Positions 59,389 through 64,000 of a DNA stretch of 64,000 nucleotides are shown here, piece after piece. Source of the DNA: the human T2T-CHM13v2.0 reference genome, Homo sapiens; NCBI RefSeq assembly GCF_009914755.1, contig NC_060941.1. One strand, written 5' to 3'. The position numbers were made by a program, and so were the translations under genes. The notes under the pieces were generated by a model. That model did not search any database, was not told where the DNA came from, and saw nothing but the letters and a program-made list of their open reading frames with translations. How positions within the stretch are numbered: position 1 is the stretch's first letter; each line of letters starts with the position of its first letter.

Positions 59389-61039
59389 AGGTGGTGTTAT
59401 TTTCAATATGCAAATGGGGAAACGGAAAAAGCGCAGTCCTTTGCCCTGGGTCACAGCAGTGGGTAAACAGTAGCCACAGGACCACACCCAGCTCCTCTTC
59501 CCCTGGCACCACAATCCCTGCACAAACACTGGGACTGTGGGGCTGCCAGAGTTTGGCCCCAGCAATCCAAACTGGTACACGGTGAACTTGGTCTGTGCTT
59601 GGTGGAGTGGGCAGTGGGCCCAGGCTCCCCACAGTCCCAGGGTCCCAGGACTTCCCTCAGCTCTGTCCTCACTGCTCCCCCACTGCCAGCCAGACGCTAT
59701 TTGTGAAGCCACCTTGGTGGAGCCTTTGGCCAGGTTGGACGGCTCCAGAGGAAATGTTCTATTGGTGCCCACACCTTTGCCCAGGCGCCACAATTCCTGT
59801 CTGGCCTCCCCTGCCCCAAACCAGCCCCTAATTCGCTGCTCTGCTGCCCACTGAAAGACCACTCTGGCACTGGTGGGCCACAGGGGACTCCAACTTCAGC
59901 TGGGGAGAGGCAGGGCTGAAGAAGGGCAGGCTTGAGCAGGCTCCTTCCACCCAGACAAAGGTTGGCTGCTGCCCAAGTGAGATTCTGCCCACATCTCCAC
60001 ACCCGCACCCTTTCCTGTGGCCCACATTGAGGTATGAAGGTCTCCAGTAACCAGACTCTCCTCTACCTTGTTGGTTCCCCACCCAAACCTCCTGGCTGAA
60101 GCCCCTGTACCAGGGTGATTTTTCCAGTCCCAGAGAAGGGATTCTGCTCTGATCCAAGGTAGCCCCACCTGGCCAGACACTGGGCACCCCAGGGGAGAAA
60201 GGAATGAGTGAGGATGCAGACAGGAGATGGGTCTAGTGACGGAGGAGGGCAAAGGGCAGTTAGCAGTCTGGAGACAGTGAGTCACGCCAGTCTTCTCTGT
60301 GGAGAGACACCTGGGGTCTTGGGCCAAGGATTGACAATAGTGGTCTTGCCTTTGCCCCTTCACGGAGCCCATGGGCACGATGCTTGCATCCTGGGGGAGC
60401 CCTTGGTCCCACGCCTACTGAGCTGCAATGGACTTGAGAATGCAGTGAATTGTGTCTGTGTGGATTGGGCAGGGCCATCCACCAGGGCCTCTATGGGGCA
60501 TGGAGAATGTCTTCCTCAGGCATTTGCTTCCCCTCACTCCCCAGTCCCCCACTCCCCCTTAGCACACATGCACAGCCCCCACCAGGAACAGGGTCTCTTT
60601 GTGGGCCTGATCTGCCCAGCTCCTCTGGAAGGCTCCTCAATAAACAAACCTTCCTTTATGGGGTGGTAGGTTTACTGGAGACGGGAAAAACAGCAGAGGA
60701 GGGGTGGAAGGCCCAACAGGAAGAGGTGGCTGCTGCTCACAGTTGGGGGTTTGGAAGCACTGGAGATGGCCCTAGGGGGCCTTTTGTGGGGCCAGGGCAG
60801 TCCCACTCCTTTTATATGTAAGAATCCTAGGAGGGCAGTGGTCGAGACTGGCAGCAGACAGGGATTAGGGTAGGGATGTGACAAGGTGAGGAAGGGAGGT
60901 GGCAGAGCTGCTCACCTTGGAGATAGCCAGAGGGACAGGGAACCTGGGGACGGGGGATGGTGCCAGCTGTGGCCCTGGCTCCTGGGGCCTCCAGGAAGGG
61001 AAGAAGGAACCAGGGCAGAGCCCACAGCCAGGAGCTCAC

Positions 61040-61813
61040 CTTCTCCAGGTTGGTGTTGTCCAGCCAGAGGGTCTCCAGGTATCTGCCAAAGGACTGGAAG
61101 GCATTGTCCGGGATGCTTTTCAGGGGGTTGTGGGACAGCTTCAGCTCCTCCACCACCCGTAGCTTGCTCAGGGCAGCTGAGGGGTAGCTGGACAGCTGGT
61201 TCCTGTCCACGTGGAATTTGGCGAGGTTCTCCACATCGTCCAGGGCCCCGGGCTGCAGGGAGCTCAACGCGTTTTCCGACAGGTAGAGCCAGCGCAGGTC
61301 CTTGGCTCCCTGGAAGGCGCCTGCGCGCAGCTCACGGATCTTGTTGTTGTTGAGCTGCAAGATGAAGAGGTTGACCAGCGGGGAGAGCAACCCCCGGGGC
61401 AGCTCAGTGACCTTGTTGTGGTCCAGGTAGAGGTAGGTCAGCTCGGTCAGGTCGTCGAAGGCACCTGCGCGCAGCACGCGGATGTCGTTATGGGACAGGT
61501 ACAAGTAGATAAGTTGCTTGAGGCCGCGGAAGGCACCGGCGGCCACCTCGCGGATCTGGCAGTGCTGCAGGTGCAATGACACGAGGTTCGGCATGGCCCG
61601 GAACGAATTGGCAGCCAGCACCGGGAAGTTGTTGCGCTGTAGGTTGAGCAGCTTGGTCTTCTCTGACACCTTGGGGATCTTCTGCAGCCCCACCTTGTCG
61701 CAGATGACGTGCTGCAGGTCGCTGTGGCAGTGGCAGTTCTGGGGGCAGGCGGCCAGCGCCGGCAGCAGACCAGCCAGGAGGCCGAGGCTGAGCAAGAGCA
61801 TTGGGCGGACCAT
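61040..61813 (-). CDS. CHAD: CHAD coding exon 1: chondroadherin, secreted small leucine-rich repeat protein
   Basis: gccATGG Kozak, signal peptide [23 protein letters not shown]-cap [16 protein letters not shown], tandem 24-aa LRRs, donor AAG|gtgagc. 774 nt. Confidence 0.98.
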
Positions 61814-61849
61814 GGCTGGGACGCCTGGGGCCGGGGCTGGGGGCAGCAG

Positions 61850-62830
61850 CGGCGGCGGGGCGCGGGCAGCGGCGAGTCCTAGGCGCTCGGGTCTGCCGCC
61901 CTCTTTATACGGTGGCCCTGACCGCAGCCGGCAGCCGAGCCAGCTCCTACGTGGAGCATCGAGGCCACTGGGCTTAACTCGCTCGCGCCCAGAGATGCGC
62001 CCCCGCCCTCCACGGGGAAGGGGGCGGGGCCGTTCCCCCAGCCGGCTACCGTGCATGAGGGGGTGGGACCGTGGCCCCCGAGCCCCGAGCCCTGAGCCCC
62101 GGCTGTAGCCCCCCGCTCTCCTATGGTGCTCCTCTGCCTACCGCCTTTCCCGGGGCTTTTCTGGGAAGGGGGAATAGTTATGTCTGGAGCCCCGAGTTTA
62201 CATCGGAGAGAGGGAGGCGTTCCCTCAACTTATTTGTTTGCTCAGGTTTGAGCCTCCACGCCGCGCCATCCACACACGCTCGGCCGGGTGCCCTGGATGC
62301 GAGGCGGGAGGAAGCGGGGCCGGACAGCTGGATGCGTCTCCCTGCGGTGGGCCAGCTGCCTGCGCTTTAAAGGGGCGCTTGTGCGGCGCCTGCCGAGCGT
62401 GAGAGCCGCCCCGGCGTCGGTCTCCCACTTCGGACTCGACGCGCCGAAGCTGGCCCTGGGTAGACCCGAGCTCCTTCCCCACCCTCGGGCGCGCCCCCAC
62501 CCCTCTCTTCCAACCCCGCTTGCGTTTCTGTCGCCGGCGCCCTCATCCCCTTTTTCCACCGCTGAAGGCTAAGCAGAGAAGTGGGAAGTGGGGGAGAGTG
62601 GCCCACAGGAATGGCAAACACACCTGGAAACCACAGGCCACAAGCACAGTCGCACCATCCCCCCTCCTTCATCGCCCCGAAATATCTCCATCCCTCATCC
62701 CCAACCCTAGTGGTCAGGACCCGCCCCTGAGGGGTCTCAGGGCGGCGGCTGAGTGGCGCCGAGGTGTACTTGGCAGATGCCACATTCGGGCGGTGGCCCC
62801 AGGACTGTGAGGAGGGGTGCGGGAGGGGGT
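61850..62830 (-). promoter_or_regulatory. CHAD: CHAD promoter / intragenic CpG island
   Basis: TATAAA at 61904-61909(-), about 90 nt upstream of the ATG. GC boxes near 62000-62030. High CpG density extends through exon 1. Confidence 0.82.
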
Positions 62831-64000
62831 GGGGCAGGTCGAGGGACCAGCCCTGGACGGCTCTGGCTGCCAGACCCTAAGTTCTGTGGGCAGTCCCGCC
62901 CCAGCCCGCCAGATTTCTGTGTGCCCACTTGCCAGCCACGATGTCCGGATTCCTGTGGAAAGGGGAGGGTGAGCAGGCAGGGTCACAGCTCTGGCCTCAG
63001 GGTGAGCTCCAAGCTGCCTGGCACAGGATATTGTCTGTGATGAGGGGTGGAAGGAGAAACCAGAACCCACACTGAACCAAACCCCAGCCGTGCCAGAGCC
63101 AGAGCAGCTGATATGGGGGAAGCTTGGTGCAGGGAGGAGGATGGATGAGATCTGGTATCCGTTGATTAAAGGGGACCTAGGATACGGGGTAACTAGCCTC
63201 TCTTCCCTTACCCAGTACCCTCGTGTTGGGGCCTGGTTTCCAGGGCCTGCCCTTTTCCCAAACCTCTCTGCCCCTTGCCTCTAGGATAGGAGGGTCATAC
63301 TTGGCCTAGACCATTCCTTGATGGTATTTAGGCTTCTCCAAGGCTGGCTTCTGGTTTTTCTGTTGCTCAGGCTTTCCAACCACTGGAAATGGGGGAGGTG
63401 GGGTGGGGGTACCACTGGTTTTTAAAATCACTGCTTAGGTTGTTTTTTTATTTTGATGGAAATAAATTCACGGGAAACTCTCCAGAGCTTGGGGGACGCC
63501 TGCCCCAAGGCCAGGCACTTGTTCAGGGTTTGCAGAATGCGGGGGTGGGGTTGTGTCTGTGCCACTCCTAGCTGGGCCAAGGCAGGCTGGCTTTCTCATC
63601 AAGTTTATGGGGCCTTCAGCTTGGAAGGGAGGAGCCGGGGATGTGGCCTGAAATCAGGAAGGTGGGGTTAAGGCAGCCAGGGGATGGGGGGAGAAGTGTG
63701 GGGTGTTGGTAATACCGGAGCCACAGGCACAGACAGGTGGCTGCTCCAGGGAAACGGGGCACTGAGAGAGCTCCAGCTGGAAGAGAATGGTGTCCCTGCT
63801 CTCAATTTTCTTTCAGATCTGGGGCCCTGCAGAGATCTAGTCTGCTCACTCCCAGCACCTCTGCCTCCTGACCCCAGGCCCCTACCAATGATGTCTCTGT
63901 TTCCACCATTCGGCTGCCCTCCACTTTCCCTTTTCTTTTATGAATTCCTTCCCATTTCCTCAGATAGCTCACCTGATCCCTCTGCACGTGCTGAGCCCTC

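Noticed and set aside
60827-62056. 409-aa ORF taken as the CHAD protein
   Set aside because: The upstream ATG lies 5' of the TATA box and the tail is intron read-through. The real exon is 61040-61813
60886-62108. Plus-strand ORFs antisense to CHAD exon 1
   Set aside because: Shadow ORFs expected from GC-rich codon usage, with no recognisable domain

Overview
Primate, almost certainly human, genomic DNA. It holds the 5' part of ACSF2 (mitochondrial acyl-CoA synthetase family member 2, + strand). Coding exons 1-10 splice in frame to 405 codons, and the gene continues past the window. The complete CHAD (chondroadherin) gene is nested antisense in ACSF2 intron 10 and encodes 359 aa. Upstream is a defective 7.8-kb LTR2-flanked HERV-E/Harlequin-type provirus (- strand, tRNA-Glu PBS), inserted in an Alu that itself sits in an MLT1 LTR. 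Positions 1-52.5 kb are very rich in Alu, L1, LTR and DNA-transposon relics, and most ORFs in the supplied track are Alu- or GC-derived artefacts. I found no convincing wholly new biological system. The best leads are: (1) an in-frame, UG-flanked cryptic exon candidate in ACSF2 intron 4 with TDP-43-type architecture; (2) a 75-nt in-frame cassette exon with a strong-context ATG just after the transit peptide; (3) two local templated insertions; (4) an integration site reused three times; (5) a tiny TSD-flanked poly(A) LTR retrocopy; (6) DR1 nuclear-receptor motifs; (7) 5'-LTR-only retention of HRE, E-box and TATA-like motifs. Repeat family names come from recalled consensus sequences and were not checked by search. 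Repeat boundaries are approximate unless TSDs are given.
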